64,000 nucleotides of DNA from Leptogorgia sarmentosa (taxonomy: Eukaryota): contig OZ210885.1 of assembly GCA_964658305.1 (NCBI GenBank), positions 15,810,001-15,874,000 on the forward strand, given 5' to 3'. The notes below the pieces were generated by a model. It did no database searches, was not told the origin of the DNA, and was given only the letters and a program-made list of their open reading frames with translations. Positions 1-11,904 of this stretch are shown piece after piece; the stretch's first letter is position 1; each line of letters starts with the position of its first letter. The position numbers and the translations under genes are program-made.

Positions 1-2040
1 GGCGGCGAAGACTGCTGTTACGATAACTGGGTAGCGGTGGGTGGTCGCCTTTCCATGGTAAGGCTGTCTCATACCAACCTTCATCACTATTTCTCGTCAA
101 ATGCTCACGAAACTGCTGGTAAACCACGTCCTGATCTCCGGATGGTGAGTCTGCCAGGCCAAGAACATCAAGTGCACACAATTGTTCATGATCTAGCGTA
201 GTGTTGACAGCGAGACATCTGAGAGTAGGGTCAGAATCTTTTCCCGGACTCATGATGGCCCACCCGAAGCGCGTCAGCTCAGCCACAGGCTCCCCTTGGC
301 GCCCGATGCGCACCTGAGAGGTCCGTATCTTGGCATACTCGTTTGCACCTAAAATTACATGAACGGGCAGCCTTTCCTTTTTTGGTTGGTCTTCTAATTC
401 AATGCCACGTAAATGTTGCTGAGCTTCGATTCCCTTGTCGTTATGTGGGTTGTCAAGTTGTAAGAGTTCTCGTTTTTTGATCATAGTAGCACGAACCTTT
501 AAGCTGAAATCGCCTTTCAGTGCTTCGAGACTCAAATCAAACTGCAACATTTTTGTCGTTTTTGTGCCCATTAGCGTAGATATTTGACGCGTACTAGTTT
601 TGACAGCTTGTGCGCCAACGAGATTAACCAGAGTTTGAGATATAAAGGAGTTGCTAGCGCTGCTATCTAGAAGTGCACGGAATTTCCGACCATTAATTTG
701 CACGATCACTACAGGATGCACAACCAATGCGTTAAAACGCTGTATGTTAGTCGCGGTTAAACCTACTTTTTAGGCGTTGATGGACATATTGACGTGTGAT
801 GTCTCATCTGGCAATTTTGACACGAAATCTTACTTTTGCAGCTGCTTGCCACATGCTGCCCAATAGCACAGTTTTTCCGCGAGAATTCTCTTTCTTTCGC
901 TTGGCCTCGTTACTTTATCACATGAAATCGCCTTGTGCTCTGCACTTTGACTATAAATGCACTTTACTTCGGACTCGCGAGACGTCAAAGCGCACCCCCC
1001 TGGGGGTCGATTCTACGGGTTATGAGGCGTTTCTCTATTTCGTTTTTCCGCTTTGTCGGTTTTGACAATAATATTAATCTCTGTCCATTTTCGCGGCGCA
1101 TCTACTAAATCTCTAAACGACCAGTCTCTCCAATTCGTTTCTACATGCGATACTAATTCTGCTTTAATGATCTCTAATTTTTTAACAACATAATATGTCG
1201 CGCCTTGTATGATGTCAAGTTTCCCGAGTGTCTTGAGGCTCTCAACATTGAACTGCAACTGTTCGTAAAAACTTATGCAGTTTCGGGAGATCTCTCTCTG
1301 ATACAAACGGCAACTCAATAATATTGGTAACGTATGCCCTGGCCACTTCACTCGGGTGGCCGTATTTTTCTTTCAAGCCCTCGTCGGTGAAAGGAAGGCA
1401 ATCAATGGCGCTTCTAATTTGCGGCTCTACAAGCTCTTTTAAATGCGAGAATTTGGTGATCACAGGAATGTTTAGCGAGTCAACTATTGCCTCGAACTGA
1501 CCAGAGAAACGTACCCAGTCGTGCGGTTTTCCATTAAACTTGGTTATGCTTAACTTAGGCAGTCTTACAGTACCTTCGGCAAGCTGTTTTGTTTTGTAAG
1601 TGGCCTCAAGATTTTTGATCTAAAAGCTGTTTCTCAAATATCATAGCTTGGTCATGATTTTTTTCTAACTCTAAATTCATTTCCTTCGTATCGATTTCTT
1701 TAATAAATTGGGAAAGTCCTTTGCAATGCTGGTCAGCTGCGGCGACTTGTGCTTCAATGTCTTGCGACCATTGTCCTATGGCATCTTCATTTTCACCTTG
1801 CCCAAATTTCGCTTCTTCTATTGACCCCTTTAAAATGTTAATTGTACTTACAATTGCCTGGATACAATCTCTTTGCCTCTCCACTGCAGCCTTTTCACCT
1901 TTCTGCAATATTTCGTCGCATCGCTTTATTCGAAAGTTCAAGGCCTTTTACTTGGTCTCTAGCTCCGTTATTTGCTTCTTTAAGGACATCGTACGCAGAT
2001 CACAGTCCCGAAAAACACATCAAATATCCCGTCGGAGGTG
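1..2040 (-). mobile_element. BEL/Pao LTR retrotransposon, degenerate gag-protease region (continues beyond window start)
   Basis: Frameshifted minus-strand pieces read KLPKLSITKFNGKPHDWVRF...ITKFSHLKELV (BEL-type gag). An aspartic protease motif NGRKFRALLDSSASNSF lies near 650-700, followed by VHVILGANEYAKI...PVAELTRFGW. Confidence 0.85.
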
Positions 2041-2047
2041 CCAGTAA

Positions 2048-2305
2048 TGTGGGAAAAGGGGTTCGATCCTTTTAGAAAGCCCCACACGATCACAAACACG
2101 TTGGTCAGATTGAGCCAATTATCTCCCACTCATGCAAATATTGGTTTGCGTGTCACGTGACAAGTTTGGCTATGGCTGCCAACAAAAATATTACGGCCAT
2201 GGATGTCAATGTTTATCCATGCATATCACGCACATGTTGTACGTTATGTACAACAAATTCCCCTTCTCACCCCAAATGACACTCGAAATAAATAATCTTA
2301 CAACA
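2048..2305 (-). repeat. 5' LTR of the BEL/Pao element with adjacent primer-binding site
   Basis: TG...CA bounded segment on the minus strand. Four nt later comes TGGCACCTCCGACGGG (2043-2028), a PBS-like sequence, directly upstream of gag. The outer boundary is 2302 or 2305. Confidence 0.6.
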
Positions 2306-2700
2306 GGTGGAGACCCCAAGTGCGTATTTTGCCCGTTTGTCGTGATTATCTTCATGGCGATTTGGAGGCATTTCTGTTAGTAATTGAGGTTATGCTCGCA
2401 TTTGGTAACCTACTGAATTAATATTTTGTTTTTTTTGTAATGATGACTTGGTTTGGGAGAATATAAATTGAAATGTTACCATCTAGTTTCGATTATAATG
2501 GGGCAAAATCGAGGTTTATACTCTGCCCCTTGGGTACCCCTACTCAGTTCTACTTTTTTTGCACTTTGATCATTGTTGTGTGACGCATTGTTCAATTCAC
2601 ATGGTAAATCAAGGTCATGGCTTCCACAAGCGATGGATTTGATGGCAAGAAAATGTAAGTAAACTTGATTTTAACCCGGTGTTTTGAAGGTAATTTCTTG

Positions 2701-3055
2701 ATGGCTTCCGCCATCTTTAATCCCTTGTTGTTTCCTCGAGGTGAACATGTTGTTTCTTTAATCTGGTATTCCAATAGGGGTGAAAAATTGTGCGCGAAGA
2801 GTCGGCGATGCTCAAAGATAGACAGGCACAATGGAAAATGTGATACAAAACGAGAATATCATTCTTTTTGGAAGCGTTCAGTCCCATATGTTAAACATTC
2901 TCTCAAGAGGGAGTTTGATGAGCTGAAGGAGAAGATGGAAGATGAACATGAAGCTAAACTGGCTCGAGTTGGTGAGGATCGAGAACAAGAGCTCATTGTT
3001 CGTGAAGCTGAAATCCTTCAATTAAAGGATGCCTCTGGTGAGTATATTTATATAG

Positions 3056-3086
<31 letters not shown>

Positions 3087-6000
3087 ACACATGATTATTT
3101 GTACACAATATCTAGTATGGACACATTGATATACACAACATTTTTATTCCTGTTCTTTGTGACTGGGTGAGAGCCGAGAGGATATTTTGGTCCAAATTTA
3201 ATCCAAATAGTCGATAGAACTCAACTTGATATGATTATGCTTAGAATCACTCAATTTGTGAGCTTCATTGACATATGAGTTACAGTTGTGTACTGGAATC
3301 TAATTGTAAATTGGTTCTCTTTAGAAATATCATTACAAGTTGCCAAAGAGAACACTGAGTTCCATGAGAAAAAAAGTTGAGCAGCTTAAACAACAATATG
3401 ATAAGTTGAAAGTTCTCCTCCAACAAACCAACACGGCACGGTCTAAGCGAGCTAAGAATCCAACCACCAGTGCGATGATCAACAATGCTTTCAACAGCAC
3501 CAGATATAGACGCCGTAAAGAGTCTGCAGACATCCTCAATTATCTTCATGGTGGTGAAGAAGCTGCAATTCTTGGAGCTTGGGACTTTATCGCTGCATAT
3601 GCTTCCAAAGATATCATGGACAAGTTAATTGGTAGCTATAAAAGAAGGAAATATTTAGAAGGGGTTTTTGGAAAAGCTGTTAATGATTTCAGTAATTCAG
3701 AGGAAGCTTTAAAGCAAGCTGTTGCTTTAAAATATAAAAACTTCCTCTCTAGGCGTAAATTCAAGCTCATCTGTAAGACACAGAGCTCTGTGTTCAATGC
3801 AGAGAAAGAAATTTGGGTACCTAGAAATATTAAGTGCCTTGACAGTGACATAACTTTACCAAAGATTGCTAGTGATCTCAAAGTTGATAAGTTTGTTAAA
3901 CGTCTGGACATAGGACAAGTTTCTTTAATCCCAAATTGTTCTGGTGTTTCTCGTACTGTTACTGGCTTGTTGTACATGATTTTAAACTTGTACTTGGAAT
4001 CATCCCAACTTTACCAGCAGCTGACCTGGTTCAATGATAATAAGGACCACTTTATCATTCAGTTTTCTGATGATGGTGCCCCTGAAACTAGTGAGTTAGG
4101 GATGTCTATAGGATCACTGACTTGCTGGAATTTTGGTGGTAAGGTACGAAGTAGAGACTGCCATTATTTACTTCACTGCTTAAGTGTTTCAGAGAAAGAT
4201 CCTGTGATGGAAGCTCTCTGGAAACAGCACAGTGATGAAATGCAATTACTTGAGGGTAACCTCATTACTATTCATGGTCATCAGTGCACTGTTGAATTCC
4301 AACCCAGCGCGGACCAATCTTGGCAAAGCTGGGCAAGCAATGAGCTGAACCAAGCAGCAACTTACCCATCCCCTTTCGCCAATGTCCATAAGGGGGAACT
4401 TTGCAAAATTGGTCAGTCTATTGGTTTTTCTGAAACTGATACTTGGTAACCCCCAACTCACCAATCACGACAGTTGACTCTTACTAAACTTGCTGACTTT
4501 AGGAAGACGCTTGTCACAAATCTCACACCCTCTCAGATTCATCACAGAGAGCTAGAATTTATAGCTGCTAATGGTATGCGGCAAGTAGGGCCACCTAGAA
4601 TTGGGTTGTTTGCTGATCGTCAACGACCAGAACCAATTCATTGTGAGATAAATGGGTGGCAACATTTGCTTAATATGTTATATAAGGAGGCACTGAGAAG
4701 GAATAAAGTAGAGTCATTTTTGGCTATTTTGAGAGCCCCAGTTAGGTCACCTAATCTTGAAGATGGTTGCAATGATGGTCTCCCTGGATGTGGTCTTTCT
4801 TTTGTTGCTCAACATGTCGAAGAACATTATGCTGATACCACCCATAGAAGTAATAATCTGTCTACAAGACTGATAGGTAGACAAGCAATTGCTCTTGCGA
4901 GGTATGGGTATAGGATTCTGGATGTTTTAGAGGTGGAAAATGAGTCTCCAGCAACAGGTGGGAAATTTGTCGGCGCTGACCAAAAAATCGCGGGCACATT
5001 GTGTTTACATTCCAAAACATGGCAGAAAGTTAGCAAACGACTATTTTAGCTGACGAATTTTTGCTTTTTATTCAAATGATGTCTAACTTAGTGCTTAATC
5101 TTTTAAAACCGATCATGAATCCCTTGTTTTGCGGTGGTTTTTTTTGCAATCGAGTGCGTGGAAGAAGTAAATATGGCGACGTTAAAATAGGAGCAAATGA
5201 GTGGCAAATACCGTAAATGTCGAGATGTGGCTTGTTTAAACCGCAATCAACGAGGAAAACGTGCTATGAGAATGAAATGAAAGTTGAAATTGTTCTTTTT
5301 ATTTCTCAAATTTCCCATAATTTGTTTGTTAATGTAACTTGTGCGATTTATACTCGAAGTACTAGCTCGCGAAATTTGACGAATTTTGAAAATTTGTGAA
5401 AATAGCTTGACTTTGAACTGTATTTTTGTAAAAATCGCCGGTGGCCTCAATTTCAAATATAGCTAAATGAAAAGAAACACTTCTTTGGCGTTTAGTGGTA
5501 CCAAACCTATCAACGGGAAAATAGGGCCTCATGATGCTTTAGTTAAGTGTTTGAGACCCACTTGCTTCACACGTGTTGTGGTCAAATTCTGGCCAGGAAT
5601 CAAAGGCCCAAAAGTGAATTTACATCATCAAATCTGCTTCGAGAAAGGTCTAGTTTAAAAATATAGCTTTTAATTTAGATTTCGTGAGCATAATTTGGTT
5701 AGAAACGAAATATTTTTGTATTTGATGAGATTCAAAATTTTGTGTTTATTCAAGTCAGGCTTCAGTGTAATTATAATGATAACTGGCAATGAAATGAAGA
5801 TATTTCAAAAACTGGCGGTGGCCTCGCGATGAAACATCCCAAAAATACTCTCCACTTCATGTATTTTCTTGTGATACTTTACTTGTAAGCGTCAAAATAG
5901 GCCTTGAACAGGCCCGGGGTTTGTATTTTAGCCTTCGGTAGAAGTGAAATCTCACGCCTCATCACAAGAGTTATTTTGCTCCGCCGTGATTTGTGCTCTG

Positions 6001-7080
6001 TCGCTGATATTTAAACCTTTACGACATAAATATTGTAATCCTCGTTACGATACGAACATTTCACAGAAGATTCTAATTATTGCAGATTAACTTGTGACTG
6101 TAAACAGTAGGTAGAAGTATGCCATTCAGAATCGACACAAGTTTGTTTTGATTGTTCGTGAAATGTACATTTCTTCTTCCCGCAAAATACACGCACGTCT
6201 CGTGGGGATTTCCCGCGCATGCTCAGTCAATTTTCCCACCTGTTGTCTCCAGCAGAATTAATCAATCGGAAAGCATTGGGAAAGGCTATGCAATTTCTTA
6301 GAAATGCTGGGACACTGTTTAACAAAGTTGAGGCAACAGCAGTAGAAATAGGCCAATTGAAGAGGAATTTATCTGACTATTTCAATGTCCTCGCACTCTT
6401 TTTCAGAGTCAGTAAATGTTACTGTTTGGACTCTGGGATATGCCTTGCCATACCATGCTGCAATGCTTTACAATGAGTATAAAGTAGGTTATGGGATTAT
6501 TTCCCTTCAAGCCAAGGAGTCCAAGCATGCCAGTGTGAAGCAGGACCTAGCCTTAACTAACCGATCAAAATCGACTAGTTCCCTTGGCAAGTGGTCCCAG
6601 GTAATGAGAGCTAATTATGTAAGAGCTTTCTATTTACCAAAGCATCAACCAGCACCATCATCTTACATTTCTCATTATGAGTCTCGGCTCCCCCCTCATA
6701 TTAAAGATGTATGCTCTTGTGAGTGTGGACGGCAGAAGAGTACTAGTGAGAATTCTGAATGTCTATTCTGTGAAAGTTGTGTTGATATTCTTGAATGTGT
6801 TGCACAGGGCCAGATAACTGCCAATGTTTTAAATGTGTTGAAGCCAGTTTGTTGCCCTATTTGTAATGAGAGGTTTCCGGATGAAACATATTGTGGTTTC
6901 CATATAAAATCAGTTCATGAATCAGATTGTACACAGTCAACTAGAAAGGTAGATATTGATGCCAGAAAACTGACTTTGCCGCAACTACGTAAAGAATTAG
7001 AAAATAGAGGTTTAAGCTCAACCGGGACAAAAAATCATTTAGTTAAAAGACTTAGGGGTGCTTTAGCTATAGAAAAGTAA
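2701..7080 (+). pseudogene. RAG1/Transib-like DDE transposase with C-terminal C2H2 finger and SAP domain (about 930 aa reconstructed; disrupted)
   Basis: Exon 1 2701-3037 (GTGAG donor) and exon 2 from 3325 (TTTAG acceptor). Lesions: frameshift in an A-run near 3370, in-frame TAA at 4447, MITE at 4952-6245, frameshift near 6400. Motifs in RAG1 order: FSDDGAPE, PSADQSW, PEPIHCEIN, LIGRQA, WTLGYALPYH, GIISLQAKESKH. These are followed by CPIC-x12-HIKSVH and the SAP-like LTLPQLRKELENRGLSSTGTKNHLVKRL. Confidence 0.7.
4952..6245. mobile_element. Non-autonomous DNA transposon (MITE-like) inserted in the RAG1-like gene
   Basis: TIRs CAACAGGTGGGAAA...TTTCCCACCTGTTG with TSD TCTCCAG at 4945-4951 and 6246-6252. 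An equivalent reading gives a 9-bp TSD, GTCTCCAGC. Removing it restores the frame ...ENESPA|ELINRKALGK. No coding capacity recognised. Confidence 0.9.
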
Positions 7081-7098
7081 GAAAACAATCTTTCTGTA

Positions 7099-7102
<4 letters not shown>

Positions 7103-7141
<39 letters not shown>
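7103..7141. repeat. (TA)n microsatellite between the convergent genes
   Basis: Uninterrupted TA run. Confidence 0.95.
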
Positions 7142-7143
<2 letters not shown>

Positions 7144-7640
7144 GTAGATATACTATTATATTATCAGTTAAGATAATTATATTCTATAAAAACATTATTA
7201 TTCTTTAGAAACAATCTAATAGACACAAATTATAGGATAACAGTTCATTGAGGACTCAAAGCCTTCACCTTACAGACAATCCAACTCAATAATACCTAAA
7301 TTTTATATGTATTACCTTTCATTTTAGAAGTGTAACAACAAATTGTTATCACTTGCTAATGATGCTAGTGTGGACTCAAAATAGTGTATATGTATAAATT
7401 AATAATCAAATTGTTATCGCTATCATTTGTGTCTAAGATTATTTAGGAAAAAAATGTATATTTTTAAAATGTCAAGTATTTGGATAGTCAAATAATAAAT
7501 ATATAAGGTTTATTACTATTTGTATTTTGACTCCTCATTGTTCAAATTGTTCTCATTTGGCAAAATATAGATTATAAAACAGCTAGATATCCTTTGGCAT
7601 AAAACTACACATTGTCCAATCTATGATAACATTTCTAATG

Positions 7641-8358
7641 CTACATGTTCATGAGTGTCTGCAAGCTAGCGTTGATTGCAAAATCATTTGCAGTATATCG
7701 CTGGACGTAAAATGTGGGGGTGACCATTTCCTTTGTCGAATTATAATCCAAACAAAGCGGTGTTGTTCTTGTCACAACAACCACACTTCTCCCATTATAT
7801 TCAGAGACGGATTTGTCTCCTAGGGTCTTCGCAGGAACTTTTTTGAAGTGCTGGTATGCCAAGACACATTCACCCGCAAACCGAACAGTTGAAAATAGTT
7901 TCATTGCTGTGTCCATCTGCGCTATCGTGACATAATGTTTGTCCATTTTCTTGTTGCATTGAACGTCACCGCCGTAGCCTCTGACAAGAACCAGGATATT
8001 TCTTTCGGTATATCGACCAGGGAATAAATATATTTACAGGATTCACCAACCCAGTGGCTTTTGAACAGCATAATTTGTTCTTCATTGACAAACCAATCTG
8101 CTTTAGGTAGGAATCTATGAGGGGACCAACCAACGTGATTTTGTTGCCAATGACTTCCTCGAGCAAGCCATCTAAGTTCCCCATACCATAATTAGGCTTT
8201 TGTTTAGCCTCGCGAACTTTTCTTAACCACGGCCCCTCTAAGGAAAACTTCATTGAGACCTCAGACGAATTCCAAAACTTTTCATCGCGATCGGTTGCCA
8301 TTCGAGAACATTTGAGATCAAGAACTTCTTCACACGCTGTTGACTGTGAAGCGGCCAT
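7641..8358 (-). pseudogene. Unknown protein of about 238 aa, convergent with the RAG1-like transposase (one frameshift)
   Basis: ATG at 8358 (MAASQSTACEEV...). A GAAA duplication near 8003 shifts the frame. Removing it joins IFIPWSIYR to NILVLVRGYGGDVQCNKKMDKHYV...LQTLMNM* (ORF 7641..7946). No domain recognised. Confidence 0.65.
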
Positions 8359-8762
8359 TGTGCAAGTGATTGAATACTTTAATAATAATAATAATAATAA
8401 TATTTTACTCTTATATTGCGCAAATTTACGGTGGCCCACAACTGCAAACACGACACAATATTTACTAAACACAACAACATATTTAGTGAAACACAACAGC
8501 AACTTCACTGAACACAACAATCGCTCGGCTAATCACAACAATAGATTCAACCAAACACACCACAATATTTTCCATTAAGACACAACAACAAGTTTATTAA
8601 AAACACGACAATAAATTCATTAAAACACAACACAATATTTGCAAAACACAACAAAAAATTCTTATAGTATACTACTAAATGTACGTCGTGCGTGCGTTGG
8701 GCTACCTATGCTTAAACACGAAATACTTCATCTAAAGCAGTTTATATTTGTATTTTGTAAGT

Positions 8763-11370
8763 ATGTTTTGCTCAGCATGTGGCACTCGATTAGAGGCAAC
8801 AAATAAATTTTGCATTTCTTGTGGGCACAAAGCGGTGGGTAAAACTGACGAAGCTTCTAGCAAAAAATACGACAGAAAAGATATAAAATGTCTCAGTTTC
8901 GAGCAGTTTGCTGCAAAAAAGAGGCAGGAAAGGTCGACACATTTCAGAACCTCTTCCAAGACCAAAGCAAAGTCGAAAGATACAGAACCTTTTGCTTTAA
9001 TTAATATTGGCTTAATGAAATACGTCAGCGTTGATACAACAACTCCAGTTCGTGGAAAATCATTGCCACTGAAAGTGAACAAAGATGCCCCATATGCAGA
9101 AGTTTTTTCCATGGCACTAACGAAGCGGGAGGCATACGATAAATCATTTGACACTAAATTGAGTTGGAACTTAGTATATCCCGATGGCCAACTTTGTTCT
9201 ACGCTTCCCGGTACCCACTTTTTTATTTGTGCGCATGCGCGGCAAGTTACTAGATGCATGCATGCATTAGCCTACGTTGTGCATTTCACGAGGACCTCAT
9301 GACAACTAACTTTAAACTTGCCGAGTATGCGCAGTTGATCATTTTTTGCCAGGCTGCACGAAGAAAAAGTGGGTACATGAAAATGTCACTTTTCAATGAT
9401 GAATTAGACCTCTGTATGACACGTACTCCAAAAGCACCTTAATTCAAAGACAACTCATTGTCCTGGGATGAAATAGTGTCCAAGTTCATGTGAACAAGGA
9501 CTAAGTGTTAGTTACGAAAAATAATTATTTGGTTAAAATATTAATTATACTTAAGTTGCCTTCATGCCTTCCATCCTCTCTGGTACCAAGTGACCCTGGT
9601 ATTTTGTCTATAGCTAACTTATTGCTACTCTAATTAAAATAATTACACTCATCTAATGCATATTATTAGAAATAAGAAACGAAAAGAAAATGACACAGCT
9701 GCAGGGCATTGCCCACAAAACAGGTAAGTGCACTGAATATAACATGCTATAGAATGCTAGATTTGTAGATGAGTTTTATACCCTGTAAGCCCTGATCATA
9801 ATATATTATAACTATGATTGTATATATTTCTATCTATAACAAATAGGAATAATTATAATACAAGCCTGCCTTTTGTATATGACTGTTTTCCCACTGCTAA
9901 TAGATAGTTTTTTCTTGCTACAGTGATGATGGTAAATGTTCGAATGAAACTAGTTCAGATTCTAGAAAACAACTTGATGACATTGACACCAGTTTTGTAT
10001 CCAGTAATAGTGTTTTGCTGAGTAATGGTGAGAAACCCAATGATTCCTCTAGCTCCGCCAAAAATGATGTTTTGCTAACTGATGCTTTTCCATCTGATAC
10101 AATATGGCTTGATGGGAATGACGACTTGCTATATGCATCGTTGCTTTTTGATGAGCAAATGCCTTGGAGTGATTCAGAAAATGAAGTTTTACATGACCAG
10201 GCAGCAGAGATTGATGTAATTAGTACAAATGATGATAAATCATTACGAGATATACTTTCAGAATTAAATTCTAAAATTAACCGTATTGAAATATCTAAGT
10301 TCAATATAAGCAGAAGTCGTCTCTGGGAAGGAGCTGTAAGAGGTCTTAGCAGAAAGTCATTTTCTCCAGCAAACAGGGTGTCTGTTAAATTCACAGATGA
10401 TGTTGGAATTGCTGAAGGCGCTGTTGATTCTGGGGGCCCAACGAGAGAATTCTTTACTCTCGTTATTGAATGGATTGTGAACTCTCAGTTGTTTTGTGGT
10501 AATGATAGAGAAAAGTATTTGTCTATCAATTCCAGCTACCTTAGTAATGACTACTACTTCCATGCTGGTCAGCTAATAGCCATGTCAATAGTACATGGTG
10601 GTCCTGGTCCTAGGTGTTTTGCTCAGCCTCTGTATGATGCGTTAACAAATGGAGTACTGAATGCCTCTGTAGATGTGAAAGATGTCTATGATATGGAATT
10701 GAGAGGTACTCTTAATTCTTTTGTCAATTCCCCAACAGTTGAAGAAGCTCAAACTCTGATAGCAAATAGCAACTTAGAAACCATTTTCGATCTTGCTGGA
10801 ACCCTCGAAGTTCTTAAAACAAAGGAAGATGTTCTGAATGTTGCTAGGAAAACAGCTCATTGGTTTGTACTGGAGAGGGTTCAAGCCTCCCTAGAACGCT
10901 TTAAAGCAGGTCTTGGTGTCCTTGGTGTTTTTGATGGTATGTGCATACATTATGAGCAGTTCAAAAGCGTCTTTTGCTATTCAATTACTCAATTTAGTGC
11001 TGATACATTTGGCTCTATCTTCTCTATCTTGCGAAGTGAAGAAGGTTCCAATAAATGTGCGCTGGAAGGATTAGTTTTGTCGCATTGGAACGACTTCTTA
11101 CAGGATGTCGAGGAGAAAGTAATTGTTGGGTTAAGTTTCTCTGACATTCTTTTCTTTGCCTCTGGTTGTAAAGAACTTCCTCCTTTGGGTTTGTCTTTGG
11201 AGCTTTGTTTTCTTCATTCGCCAGAAAAGGACGGTTCACGTTCTAAATTCCCAAAGGCCAATACTTGCGCATGTGAGTTACACTTACCAGTGATCCATAG
11301 CACATATGATGACTTCAAAAAGGATGTAACATTAGCATTCCTTAACACTAAAGGCTTTGGATATGCCTAA
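8763..11370 (+). CDS. Spliced HECT-domain E3 ubiquitin ligase (G2E3-like HECT) with N-terminal zinc ribbon; transposon cargo
   Basis: Exon 1 MFCSACG...FCISCGH (end uncertain, possibly disrupted near 9210-9440). Micro-exon about 9670-9723 (AG...GTAAG). Final exon from about 9923 to 11370 carries HECT motifs VKFTDD.G.AEGAVDSGGPTREFF, YFHAGQLIAMSIVHGGPGP, ILFFASG and catalytic FPKANTCACELHLP, ending in GFGYA*. Confidence 0.8.
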
Positions 11371-11904
11371 TTACGATATAGAGTTACATAAATTATGTTG
11401 CATAAGTTCAAGTTTTTTAAATTAAATTACGCAAATGAATGTATACCAGCAGGGCGAAAAAGAACAGCTAGCCGGCCAGCAGCAATATTCAAATAAGTCA
11501 GATTTATATATTGAAAGAACATTCTCTTCTGTTATGGCATGCAGCAAAAATCGTATATGGAAATATTCACTATTTTATGTTAGACCAAGTTTGGTGTATG
11601 CTGCTGTCCTGAGGTACTGGTTTCTATTTCTGCCCTATACAGACATATAGTTTAAATTTCTATAACTTCTATAATTACTCTAACTGAACTACATATGTTA
11701 TATTATGGACTATATAGTAGTTAACCAGTTTGTAACTAGATTAAGTTAACTAGATTAAGTTGTTGTTTGTTCGAAAAAACGTGTTTTGAATTCATCGTAG
11801 AAGTAACATGGTCTAACTTCACTTTCTGTTTGAACATTGGGGTGGGATTTTGTCGTGGATGGGACATCCTGCACTTGTGTCGTTGTCTAACACAACAATG
11901 GTGT

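Noticed and set aside
7641..8358. RAG2-like gene
   Set aside because: The position fits, but it is too short for a six-bladed kelch propeller and shows no GG-type kelch repeats or PHD.
8359..8520. Hydrophobic N-terminal extension or signal peptide of ORF 7966..8520
   Set aside because: It is translated IS3EU TIR plus the LINE (TTA)n tail; the real start is probably the ATG at 8358.
10015..11370. Host G2E3 orthologue
   Set aside because: It lies inside TIRs with a TSD and lacks the PHD/RING fingers of G2E3, so no gene symbol was assigned.
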